A stretch of 63,926 nt of DNA, counting the filler, from Gonapodya sp. JEL0774 (Eukaryota), in assembly GCA_027604505.1 (NCBI GenBank). It is 3 parts of 3 records of this genome, joined end to end, with 100 filler letters (N's around TTAATTAATTAA, not from the genome) between each part and the next. Parts side by side here need not be neighbours in the genome. Positions count along the whole stretch, not along the records: positions 1 to 26,558 come from JADIIX010000222.1; 2 more parts are not named here. One strand, 5' to 3'. Positions 1-12,138 of the stretch are shown here, one piece after another. Below the pieces are notes generated by a model. It searched no databases. It worked only from the letters and a program-made list of their open reading frames with translations, and was not told where the DNA came from. Position 1 is the first letter of the stretch, and the number at the start of each line of letters is the position of its first letter. A program made the translations under genes and the position numbers.

Positions 1-645
1 GGGGGGGGGGGGGGCAAGGGGAAGGGGCGTGGGAGGGGGTAGGGGGGATCGGTTTAGTGGTATGGAGGACGGGTTATGTAGGGGTGGTCAGGTCGGCGGG
101 ACCATTTTTCGGGGGGATTTTTCATTGGTGGGGACTGTCGGGTCCACATGGCCCGGCACGAGCGGGACGTCGGGTGTGACGGTGTGTCGCACCATCCTCA
201 CACAAACAGTCCTCGGTCTGCAACTCTATGCGGGGACGGCGTCCCCAGCATCCGACATCACATGCGCGTGTACTTGACTGCAACGCTTGGGCCACAAGGG
301 TTTCCACGGCCCCATGTCCCACACGTGGGACCTCGTTGGGTCGTACGTTGCAATGAGCACCTTCAACCCCGAAAGGTCTGAATCCTCCGAAATTTCCGCT
401 CCTATTGAGTAGAAAATGATTCGAGTCTGGAAATTGAGTGGGTGGGAGTGGTTGGATGTTGACCCATGGGTGGTGATTCCAGACCTGTCTGCACATTCCA
501 CGGTCTGCAACATCCCCCTTATACCACGATGCGTTCCCATGCCAATGACATGAGGTTCGAAGTAGAAACGTGGTGTAGTGTGGAGCAAGAGAGTGTGGTC
601 CACCAAACCCTGTCTTGACCCGTCCGACGCAGGCATGGTACTCAC

Positions 646-903
646 GAGGTTTCTGAGAGCGTCGTTGACGGGTTGAGAAGTGGATGAACCTCTAATGAAG
701 AGACATTTCTTTGCGCCTTCGACAGTTTTTGGATCTCTATTTTTGAGGATTCGCTTTCCTCTTGCGGTTTTTGGTTTTCTGAAGGGAGAAGGGGAAGAGG
801 GGAAGCAGGAAAGTCAGCGGTGGAGTGAGAAAGGAGAGACAGGAAGGGTGGGGTGGGGTGGGGATTGGAGGGGAAGGGTGGAGACGTACGGGACACGCAG
901 CAT
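646..903 (-). CDS. RPF2: Ribosome biogenesis Brix-domain protein Rpf2, first two exons (gene continues off the window start)
   Basis: Exons 903-890 and 778-646 (GT-AG intron) give MLRVPKPKTARGKRILKNRDPKTVEGAKKCLFIRGSSTSQPVNDALRNL, matching the Rpf2 N-terminus (yeast MIRTVKPKNARAKRAL...). Confidence 0.88.
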
Positions 904-1150
904 TGGGGTTTGAGTGGGGCAGAAGGGGGAGCTGGGTGCGATGGTGCCGGTTTCTCTTTCCACTTAGTGCCAGGGGTGTTGTGGGAGTGCAAGGGCACCA
1001 TCCCTGACCACAGCACCCACCAACAGTACCACCAACACCGCACGGCCATCTCGCTCTCCATTTCCCAACTCCATATTCCCCCTGTTCCCCACTCTCTCCC
1101 TTTCCCCACACACCCCACATTCTCCCTCCATCTCCCTTCTCCCTTCTCAA

Positions 1151-4100
1151 ATGGACGACGACGACGATCTCTACTCTTCAAACAATTCAAAACGTGAGTC
1201 TCCATTGTCACCCCCTCTCTCCCCTTTCTCCCCCTCACTCCTGTCTTCTCTCCTCCCCTCCCTTCCCCACCCCCTTTCCTTGCAGCATCTCCTGATACTC
1301 CTGTCTCTGCCATGTCCATCCCTCTCCACGACCAAGACAACCAAGACTCGGACGACGACGTGAGTTTCGTTTGTTTCCTCCCCTTCCTCTCTCCATTCCC
1401 CCCCTTTTCCATCCCTTGTCTCCGCCGCCTTCTGCTGCGCTCCTTTCATCCCTTGCTCGTATCGGATCTCCGCTTGCGTGTGTGTGGCCCTACCTACTCT
1501 CCCTCGTCCCGCCATGGAACCTGCTCTCTGCACAATTTTATTTCCCCTTCATTGCCCTCTCCCGTTGGTGAATTCTGTGAAATATCTGAGGATTTCTGGG
1601 GCTTCCCCTGACATGTCTTTGTTGAATCCCACGTCGAGTTGTGCATCACACCACCAAATTCACACCACACGTTGACTCACACGCTATGAAGTGACGGAAA
1701 ATCAAACGCAATTGAACTGCGTATACTACATCCCATCTCGGAGGATTCCAAAATTATCCCCACACGCACGGGACCACCCACACCGGCGCGGGAAACCTTT
1801 GGTGATGACCGACCTCACACGGCGAGCCTGAGCCGATTCACCCCCCGGTTCTGTCTCGCATCCGCACCCGTCAAGCGTCTTTGCCTCGCGGGATGGGAAA
1901 AAGTTTATACATCCGGTGTGGCCTTGACGGGGCGACGGATCCCCACTGTGTCCGTCACCGCATTCGAGACCTGAGAATTTTGACCGACCAGAGGGCCCAC
2001 AGGACTCCCCGCGGCCCCTCCCAACCACCGCGCACGCTCACCGTCCCTCTCCTTCCCACCCCACCCCCCTTTCGACCCCACCCCCACAGGACCTCGACAT
2101 CGTCCTCAACAACCCCGCCCCGCAACCCCCCCACCCGTCCCAATCGGCACAGTCCCGCCACCGCACCCTGGTCCTCAACCAGCCCGTCGCACCGTCACCC
2201 GCACCCGCACCCCTGCTCAAACCTACCACCACGACCACCACGCCCACCACAACCACACTGACATCGGCCCCCCGCCCCTCCCCGCTCACCACTGCTTCCT
2301 CCTCGTCCACAACCACCCACACCAACACCAACACCAACACCACCAACCCCCCGCTCCTCACCCCGGCACAAGGCGCCGCTTCTGCACCGTCCTCTTCCAC
2401 TCCTTACACATCCGACCTCCCCGTCCCCGCCATCAGGTCAACAGTGGACCTCGACGCCGTAGGCACATACGAGGGGAAGAGTATTCTCGAGGTTGAGATC
2501 GATGGGCTGGAGGATAAGGCGTGGAGGAGGCCGGGTGGGTTGGCGGGGAGGCGGTCGTGTGGGGGGTAGTGGGGGGAGGGATGTGAGGAGGAGGTGCGGC
2601 TGGGATGAACATGGGAACTGGGATGGGCAGGAGGGGGGTAAGGAGGGCGGTGTACGCCGACAAGAGTGAAAGGGATGAGACACACAGCACAGCACGGACG
2701 TGGGAGACGGAATACGGCATGGATGATTCCACCGGTACATCAGCGTACCGCGACCCGGTCGTTATTCATGACGGGCCACTTGGCATGTGAACCTGCAACT
2801 GGCAGTTTTGCACCGACGCACTCTCGCTCACCGAAATCCCCCCCCCCCCCCCCCCCCCAAAGGCACCGACCTGACCGACTACTTCAACTACGGCTTCACC
2901 GAGGACACTTGGCGGGCGTACATTGTGAAGCAGAAGGAGCTCAGGAGTCCGGCGGTGGTGAAGGGGTTGACGGTACGTTTGGGGACGGGGGGCCACGGGA
3001 GATGGCCGGTGTTGTGACCAGCACGCTGTGTGCACTACACACTCCCGTTGTTTTCGTCTCTCACTCTACGGCCCACACACTGCCCCTTTCTTCCCACCCC
3101 CACACACCACACACCGCACACCACACCAGCACCCCTCCCTCGAAGCCATGATGGCCGCCACCATGATGCCCGGGATGCCCATGCCCGGTATGGCGGGGAT
3201 GAACGGGATGGGCGGGATCGGGGGCATGGGGGGTATGCAGGGGTTTATGGGGGCGTTTGGGTGGGTTGTGGGGCGGGTGGCGGGTGGGGGAAATGGAATC
3301 GGTATCGTGGGTGGATGATGGATGATGGGGGGAGATGGGCGGTCGTGCCACAAACCTCACCCACAACATTGGTCCCTTCGTCCCTACCCTACACAAACCC
3401 ACACCCCCCCCTCCCCCCCCCCTCCCCTCGACACACACACACACACCCCGACCCCTGCCCACATTCCAGACCCGACGGCACCCCCGCTGACGCCGACATG
3501 ATGTCCGGAAACCCCATGGCCGCCGCCGCCATGGGCATGCCGCAGGGCGGAGGGGACTGGGCCGGAATGCAGGGTATGGGCATGCCCGGGATGCCTGGGT
3601 TTGGAATGGGAGGGGGGTTCGGAGGTGGGTGGGCCGGTCGGGGGTGTGGGGTATGGAAAGTGCCAGAGTGGTTTTCGACCGGGTGATCCTGATTGTTTCT
3701 TTTGCTTTTGGTGCGGACACGAAACGGTGCGTGTAGGACCTGGTATGTGGCCTGGCGGGGATATGGGCGGGCAGGAGTTTTGGGGAGGACCGGGCGGGCC
3801 GGGTGGGCAGGGTGGTGCAGGTGGAGGTGGTGGTGGTGGCGGTGCTGGCCCGGGTGGGGGTGGAGGAGGAGATGGCCCGGGCGCGGGAGGTCCAGGTGGA
3901 CCCACCAATGTGCCCGGCACGCCGAACCGGGGTGGCGGTGGCGGAGGTGGACAGGGTGGCGGTGGCGGTGGGGGCCCGGGCGGCGCGGGTGGTGCGGGTG
4001 GTGCGGCGGTCAAGGACGAGCCGGGTGGGGACTACGGTGGGACAAACGGGGACGTGAAGCCCGTCGTGGGCGGTGGTGGGGGGGGGATGAACGGGCAGGG

Positions 4101-5261
4101 TGGGGGTCCTGGCCCGCTCGTGCTGGGTTCGGGAGGGCCTGGAGGTGGAGGTGGAGGGTTCGACGAGCCGCATATGGGAGGTGGGCCCGGTCCTGGTATG
4201 GGGATGGGGCCCGGTCCGGGTGGTGGGTTTATACCCAGGGGAAGAGGCATGGTGCGGGGTCCCAGGGGGATGATGGGGGGGCCTGGATTTCCGCCCAGGG
4301 GACGGGGAGCGTGGAGGGGGAGGGGTGGGATGGGGATGGACGGGGGGTGAGTTGTTTATTGGACGATGCTGTTGGTGTGTCTGGATAGTCGTTCACCAAA
4401 TATTTTTTGGTGCCCTTTCGCTGCACAAATAGGTGGGGTCACGATGGTGGACCAGGACCCAACGACTGGGAGGGCGGAGGCGGTGGATACCGTGACTTTG
4501 ACGGACCGCCTGGGCCACCAGGTCCTGGCGGGTTCCGCGGCGGATTCGATCCAGGATGGCGAGGACGGGGTGGTCGTGGAGGACCACCGTTCAACCCGGT
4601 GGACAGAGAGAGGATGGTCGGTGGGAACTTTGGACCGGGACCAGGTGGTCCTGGGTTTGGGCCTGGCGGACCCCCCTTTGGGAGGTTCCCGCCTCGAGGG
4701 GGCGGTCCGCCAGGTCCTGACCGCGGGGGTCATATGGACGGTGGCGGTCGAGGCGGTGCGCCCCCCGGGTCGGGGTCGCGCGGTGGGATGACCGGGCCCA
4801 TGGGGACGTCGTCATCGAAGGGGCGAGGGGACTCTCGTGGACCTGGGGGTGACTCCCAATCTGAAGGGAGCGAAAATGGGCGGGACAGGTCGAGGAGCAG
4901 GAGCGATCGAAGCAGGAGCAGGAGTAGGGACAGGAAGAGGGACAAGGCGAGGGATCACAGGAGTAGTAGGGAAAAAAAGAGTTCGGGCTCGGGGAGACGG
5001 CGAGTGAGTGTTTTGGAACCACTTTGAGGTTTTGTGTGATTGTGTTTGCGGAGTCCTCGATTTTGGTTAATTTTTCGCCCAACTGCACTCCGCCCACAGC
5101 GTTCCCCTACTGAAAGTGATGTAGATTCGCGTACGGATGAGGAAAGGGCATCCGGTGCTGGCGGCGGGGATGGTGACAAGTCGCGGAAGCGGAGTCGGAG
5201 CAGGTCCAGGAGCCGCAGTGGGAGGAGCAGCTCACGGCACAAGAGCTCACGGAGAAGTTGA
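1151..5261 (+). CDS. FIP1: Pre-mRNA 3'-end processing factor Fip1 (multi-exon)
   Basis: Acidic N-terminus MDDDDDLY; spliced Fip1 motif [29 protein letters not shown] (intron 2535-2862); Gly/Pro-rich middle; RS/RD-rich C-terminus ending at 5261. Internal exon boundaries are approximate. Confidence 0.92.
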
Positions 5262-5440
5262 AGGGCATGTTTTGCTCCCTCCCAGCTGGGAAGAGAGTGA
5301 GCGACATTTGGGAGTTGGAGGACCGCAGGCGGCAAGTGGTGGTGCTGGGCTGTGGACTGTGGTCACACACCGAAAGTAGAAAATCCGGTAACCTCATCAA
5401 AAGATTGCAAATAATAAATTACACCCCAAAAATCCAAAAA

Positions 5441-8400
5441 ATGCAGCGAAATCGTGCGACCCCATCGTTAGCGTTGGATTCCTTCCTCACCCGAGTCCTT
5501 CTGTCCAGCGATCTGGAGACTCACGCTCGTAGTAGCGCAGAATCGGACTCCGCCAGTCTTCAAACGCTCTCATTAGAACTCATAGCAAAGCACCAAACAC
5601 TCGCACGAATACGCGATGAAGTGGCCAGGGAGGTCTTTGGTAGCTCAGGATTCGGTGGGGGCCTCCAGCGAAGTTCGCTTGGGCCGATTACGGGATCAGA
5701 TGACTTCACCGCACGATTGGCGACACGCTTGCACTCGTGGACGGTCCGCCTTAGTTCTCTTGTAGCTGCTAAGTCGGAATCTGGCCGCTATATGGGCGCC
5801 ATGCTTGTCAGAGAGACGATGGAGCAGTGTCCCGAACTCTTTCCGGGGAATTTCTCTGGGTGGACGACCGGATTGATGGCACAACTTCGTGTACGTTGAG
5901 CAAATTAATGAAAATTGATGTTTGCCAGTTGGTATGAGATCCGAAGCTGATTCGAAACTTCAACGATTCATGCAGCGTACGGACAGCTCCTCGCACACGC
6001 TTTTCGCTGCGGTAGATACACTTTGGCAGCTTTTTGCAAACAGCTCGGACTTTCCGGACCTTTACCGAGATGTTACATCTGTGCACGTACCGAAGTTCGT
6101 GGAGGTGCTGCTTTCTCTTGGAGGGAAGAATGGATATGATGCAGAGGTCTTGGTTCGTAAATTTTAATCATTAGAGCAGAACAAAACCGCATAAGTCTCT
6201 AACCTCTACTCTTTGAGCAGTCTGTAGTGCTTCGTCAACTCTTCACCGTCACGACAACCTTCCCTTCTCTTGTAAAGACAAACGTCAACAACGTCGAAAA
6301 ACTCTGTTTGCAATTCCTCTCTGGGAACTATGATGGTAGCTCTCCTCTTGTTTGTCTTGCAGCAGATATACTCGGCGCTCTCTCGCTTGTCGGTGCCAAA
6401 AGTGCAGTTGCGGAGACATGGCATACTCGCCTCAACAAGGTCCTTGGTTCTGCGAACGCGGAGCTCGATCTCCTGTTTCGAAGTGTTGAAGAAGGTGAAT
6501 TAAGTCGTGTCTTCTTCGAACGCTGATGTACTAGGCGTGCTTCTTGACTATCCGTTCATTCAGAGAAGCGCCCACCTCAAAATTCCCAGCTCCTCGACTT
6601 ACCTTCGCTTCCAAGAGGAGATTTTTTCTCCACCTTTCCAACTCGCTTGAACCGTCTCTCCGCACTCTCCCACTGCGTTGCTCGTTTCCTTGGGGCGAAC
6701 TACATCAAGGTGCCAGTACAAGTTCCCACGGAAACCCTTCTTGGATTGTGTGAGCGGATTGCGGGGGTCTACGAGGGAATTGATGTGAGTTTGGTGAAGA
6801 AAATTCACGATGGAACGGAAATTCGCACCAACGGTATGTCTGTCTTCCACTTGAAAAGCTGAAACACCCCCCCGATGCCGAAGAAGCATCCATTTTAATG
6901 ACGACTTTGCCTTTACTCTACGGCTGTGCCGCTCGTATACTAATGTGCACAATGCTGAGGTGAGTCAAGAAACTCTTGGCCTCACAGTTTCAGTAACATC
7001 AACCATTATTCTACTTCATCGATAATAAGCACGAAAGACATTCTTCTTCCGTTTATACGATCAGTATCGGGCATTGTTCGTCGGTTAATGGCCTCGACGG
7101 GATCTGACCAGTGAGTGATCACATCCGATCTCGCCATTGCGGCCGACGATTAAAACTTCCTGTACCGGGATTCAGAATCAGGTTGATTGCCTACACCGTC
7201 CTCGAGACCGCTATAGATCTCTATGGTGCTGGATTCTTAATAGTCGGCGAAAGATGGCGAGAGTTCATCTCGTTCGCTTTGGACGACATCGCAGCTCTCA
7301 CCACGGATTTCGCGCGCGCGAGTGTAAATCCTGTTGGAGAGGCGAATTCTAATGAATCTGGCAAGTCGGGATCTTGGAAGAAGCAAAAAAAGCACGCTCA
7401 AGGCCATCTGCAGCTTTCAACAGGTGGGGTGGAGGTGATGACCAAAGGGCCGAAAGTTGCAGTAGCAGTCGCGGCGTCAAAAGGTGAGTCTCTTCCTGTT
7501 GTGACTGTGACATACATGTGGAGATTGAGACTTGGCACTCGTTTGCGTAGCTCTTTCGGCCACCATTCGGCATTTGCGGGCACATATGTTGCCATCGTCC
7601 CTGCCAAACGTCGTTATGCGCCAAATTCTGCATTTCTCCGCGCAACTTCCCGACGAATTGCGCATTTGTCAGTATTCAGGGTTATTGGATCTTGTTTTAG
7701 CGGAGCCCAGCGTGAAAGGATTCACCAGTGTCGCGAGCGGAGCATTTGCAATTGCTGCGATGACAGATCCGCGTGAAGATGTGAGACCACAATTGACTTG
7801 CAATCTCGTATACATCCTCACCTATGAGAGCAACCGTGTTTAGATTCGACTGTTCTGCCAACGGGCAAGTCGAACAGTCGACACCATTGTACATCCACGA
7901 TTCCCTCCATTCGGGAAGCCTTCGTCTGTCTCCTTTCAAGAAGCAACCGAAGTTCCCAGCCATGGCCTAGGTTTAGGACGCCTGGCGGCGGAGGTGTCTG
8001 AACCAATGAATGAATCCAAACGGGATGATCGGGAGATTTGGGTGCCCCCACGAAGTGGTTTAGCAGCACACTTGACCACACCTGCAATATCAATCGCACC
8101 TCCCGTAACAGTGAGCTCGATCTCAAAAACACCAACTTTGGTCAACCCTACTCCCCTCACTCCCGGCGACCCGTTTGGCGTAAAATTCTCCCAACAATCA
8201 AGAGTCGAGACTCCGGAATTGGAACCGTTCGCACCCGGGCCTGTGCCTGCTCCTTCAACCACAGTGTCGTTGCGCGAGGTTGAGCAATTCAGCACATCGG
8301 CTAACACTAACACTACGAATCACGTAGATACACGGAATACGGAGCCGGGTATCAGGATGGTTCCTAGCAAGAGCACTCCAAGTGGTGAGGAAGAAATGGA

Positions 8401-8506
8401 AGTATTACCGCCACACGATGCAATGGACGTTGAAAGTGACACAGAACAACACAAAGATAGCGATGAAGATTTTCCCGAAATTTATTTAGGTTCAGATTCA
8501 GAATAA
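5441..8506 (+). CDS. RIX1: Pre-rRNA processing protein Rix1/PELP1 (multi-exon)
   Basis: N-terminal helical region (GAMLVRETMEQCPELF...W), conserved IVHPRFPP motif near 7884, acidic tail DSDEDFPEIYLGSDSE*. Confidence 0.75.
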
Positions 8507-8542
8507 AAAATTAACGTGATCAGATCCGACAAAAAGAAAAAA

Positions 8543-11500
8543 TTATTCCGAGAGGCCTTCTGAATCCTCTTCATCCCTTTCCTCCTTGTCGCTGTTAAAT
8601 TCTTCAGGCTCCGACTCCTCCTCGCTGGTCTCTTCCTCCACCCGTCGCTGTGACTGTTGTGCTGCTCGCCGTGATCGGAGAGGCTGACGTTTCTGAGTTC
8701 CTTTTCGGTCGTCTTTCCGTTTCGATTGCACTGGACTCTTGCAAAACGCATTGAGTTCGTCATTCCATTGCTCCCGCAGAGAGTTTTCGTCTTCTGTCAG
8801 TGGCGGCAGTTTCTCTTGCACTCCACTCAATGCAGCCGCAAACCTGGTCAGCAAGATCATTAAAACAGACTGGTAGACGCATTGTTATCTCTCAGCAGCT
8901 TCAACCTACTTCTTTAAATTATTTGTCGATGCGACGTCAGGCACAAGCTTGCGAACATTTCCGACAAGCAAGGTAGCTTTCTCTAATTGTTCGCGATTCC
9001 ACTGTTGTGACACATTAACTTTTGTCAGCAACTGAGCGATAACCTTGATGTTTGCTAGATGCGCTAAAAGAGATCACTCATTGTGTTAAATGCGCAGTTC
9101 ACTACATTCCTTACATTGGTCCCTGAATGGTATCTTCAGGAGATCGACAGCGACCTGGCCTTGCGCGTCTCCTTGAGAAGATATAATCTTCGGTTGTGAG
9201 GTTTTCAGGTCTACCAGCTTTGAAGAGTCGGCCCAGTCCAGCAGTTGAAGTCCAATTTGTAACGGGGACATTCTCAACTCGGATAATTCACTCTCTTGAA
9301 GCACCTTGGAGAAAACAGATCCAGCGATAGCCCCAATGTTTTCTTGGTTGGATGCCGATGAGTGTGAGTATGCTTCAAAAAAGAAACTGAGGCACTGTCT
9401 TTCTCGAGGGCGAGTTCGACGATCTTCAGATGGATCGAAATAAATCAAAGCTAGCTTCTCCAGAATCTGAATTGGGGGCAGTTCTCATTACAATGGTAAC
9501 GGAAGACTTTGGGCGACGGATATGAGAACCTCACATTCCTATCATTGATTACCCCCAGCAAGAGCAACTTAGCGAGCCCCTCCACCGCAAATGACGCCAC
9601 TTGTTCGTCTTGATTATCAGAGGAGAGTATCAGAAAGGCACACGCTGAATCTCTGACATTGACGTCAAAAGCTGATGTCGAATACAGAGCAAGCAAGTCG
9701 CATACGGTCTGCAAAATTTCAGGTACACGTGAATCTTTGAGAGAAAACGTGCTTCCGAAGAAAATACATGCCTTAACACAAAGCAAAGTGGAGTTGTCGT
9801 CCTTCCTTCCAATCTCTGTGAATGTCGCCAGGTTCTTGATCGCCAGATCGCGGTCGATAGTGCAGTACAAGGCCAGGCAATGAAGTCCAAGGTCCTTCAA
9901 TGTTTCATCTTCACTGGTTATTGCGGGAATCACAAGGTCAGCTAGTTGTGCTCCAAGGGTCGGCATGCCACTGAGCATCTACATTCGGACCAATCGAGCA
10001 AACATCGGCAACTTGCAAAGTCATGAGTTAACGAGCAAGCAGCTCGTACCTCTTCTGTCTGCTCCAAGGCACTACGTAAGATAACCAGTGACTTCACAAT
10101 GGACAACAGTCTCTGTAACTGTGCTTCATCCTGTCAGCAATGAAACATCAGCCAGTGATTCGTCGTCCTCGAAACATCAGCAAAACGCACCCCCGCATCT
10201 CCATCACCGGTTCCTTCCACGTCGAAGTCCATGATTTCCTTGATGAGTTCAACCACAACGCGAGCGAAGTCTTTGCCACTTGCCGCTGTCTTGGCGATCA
10301 CAGCCACAATGAGCGGGACATGAGAGTCACTCAAGTCCGGCTCAAGACACATATCCCGAAGATATGCAAATAGATTTTTCCGGCCAACTTCATCCGCATA
10401 GTCCAGAATCAGAGCCAGCTTGAGTAGTTCCGCAACAATGAAATCGACAATGATTACGTCTTCGTCTGTTGTGGCTGCGAGGCGGAGGGAGTGATAGCGT
10501 TGAACATAGCCAACCAGTTCTGACAAACTTGGAAACACGTTGTCGGGAAGCTCTTGGTTCTGCGACAGTTAAGGGTCACAAAACAAGTTGATCTGGGATA
10601 GGAATTTTCAACCTGCCTTTTCTACAATGCTGTTGCCGTAAACACGAAGAAGAAACACGCTTTCTCCGGAGAGACTGTCCCAAAATTCTTCATTACACGA
10701 TAACGAGAATGTCGGTGCGGCGGTGATCGCTGCTCTTGTGATATCCTCTGTCACACTAGTGTTTGTGACGTCAAGCATCTGAAGAAGCTTCTCAATATTG
10801 CCTTCAGCAGAGGCATTGAGCCAGGAAGTTAGAAGGGCTATGCATGCTTTCTTAACTGCCGGGTCCCTTTGAGCAAACCACATTAATGATGCCTGCTCGA
10901 GTGGAAACGAGTGTGGGCCATGGGAAAACTGACCTATCTTTTAGTCCGACACTGAAGATCCGTTCCCGTTGCTCGAGACTAAACCCTTCAAACATTTCCG
11001 CGGTGTTCTCCATTATGCGAGCATAAACCGCCTTCCTCACACCATTATCAACGTCCCTCAATCGCTCCAGTACCGCAAGCTTAGTGGTTTCGTCCCACAT
11101 AATCGAGTTGACAATGCTCCGACGTACATCGCTGAAAACGTCGCCGTCAGTCAATAAAGAAAGGCGACAAAGTGCGAGGATAGACTACAGCAACCTACGC
11201 GCTGGGGTCACGACTGAGCATCTTTGTAAGAGTCCGCACAAGGGTATTGCCTTGATCGTTTTCTGATTCGATTAGCTGGATGGGGCGGCATTGTCATAAG
11301 AGGACGGTACTCGAACCTGGAGTAATTCTACTTGCCTGAAGGCCCGCAACTGCACGCACTGCCTGTGCTCTAATGACAGCATCCTTTTCCTTGAGCATTA
11401 CAAGAATTTTGCTCTTCAATTGAAGGTATAAATCCTCGCTGATTCGGTTCGAACAGAACGTCGGGCGATCCGCGTAATATTCTATCGGCTCAAAGTAAAC

Positions 11501-12026
11501 TCACTCGATTTCCTGTAAGGCATCTATAGATTCCGCCAGAAGCTGGGAGACCCGCATACGGACATTCTTGTCCTTCGCGGCCACACCCTTCAGAAGATAT
11601 TGAAGCAGGAAAGTCACGAATCTGTGGGCCAAGGAGTCAGCTTCGTTATTCGGAACAGAGCCATTGGCTCCATCTTTTGAGAAAAGAATTCAACCGCCCC
11701 GTCAGGTGTGTTAGCTCTCTGAACCGGAAGTTGCAAGTGGTTCGCAGTGTCCCCCACTCACCCCTGTCTTTTTCCACAATAAACTTGAGATACTCCGCCA
11801 CAAACTTGATAACTCTGTCTGCCACAATTTGACCTTTTCGGATCGGAAGGACCTTGTTGAGATTGCGGACAAACTCGGCGTTGAAATTATTTTCGCCGCC
11901 CCCGCCGGACTTCGCCGTTCGTTGGTGGATTTTCTTGAGCGCGGCCGCATTCTTCCGATGCCCAGCGGTAGATCGTTGGCTGTCTGAGAAGACTTGGGGT
12001 ATTGCTGTGCTTAAGTCGATCGCCAT
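8543..12026 (-). CDS. YCG1: Condensin subunit Ycg1/Cnd3/CAP-G (multi-exon)
   Basis: N-terminal VFSDSQRSTAGHRKN...VLPIRKG..VADRVIKFV; HEAT-repeat segments ERLRDVD..VRK and DYADEVGRK; Cnd3 motif EGLAKLLL. Confidence 0.92.
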
Positions 12027-12138
12027 CGTGTTCAGTGGGAACTGACTACGAGCTTTGGTCCACTATTTTGTGCAAGGGCACCTTGAGGTCTCCTGATCAC
12101 GAATGCGATGTATGCCTTTGATTCGTGGTATTTCACTA

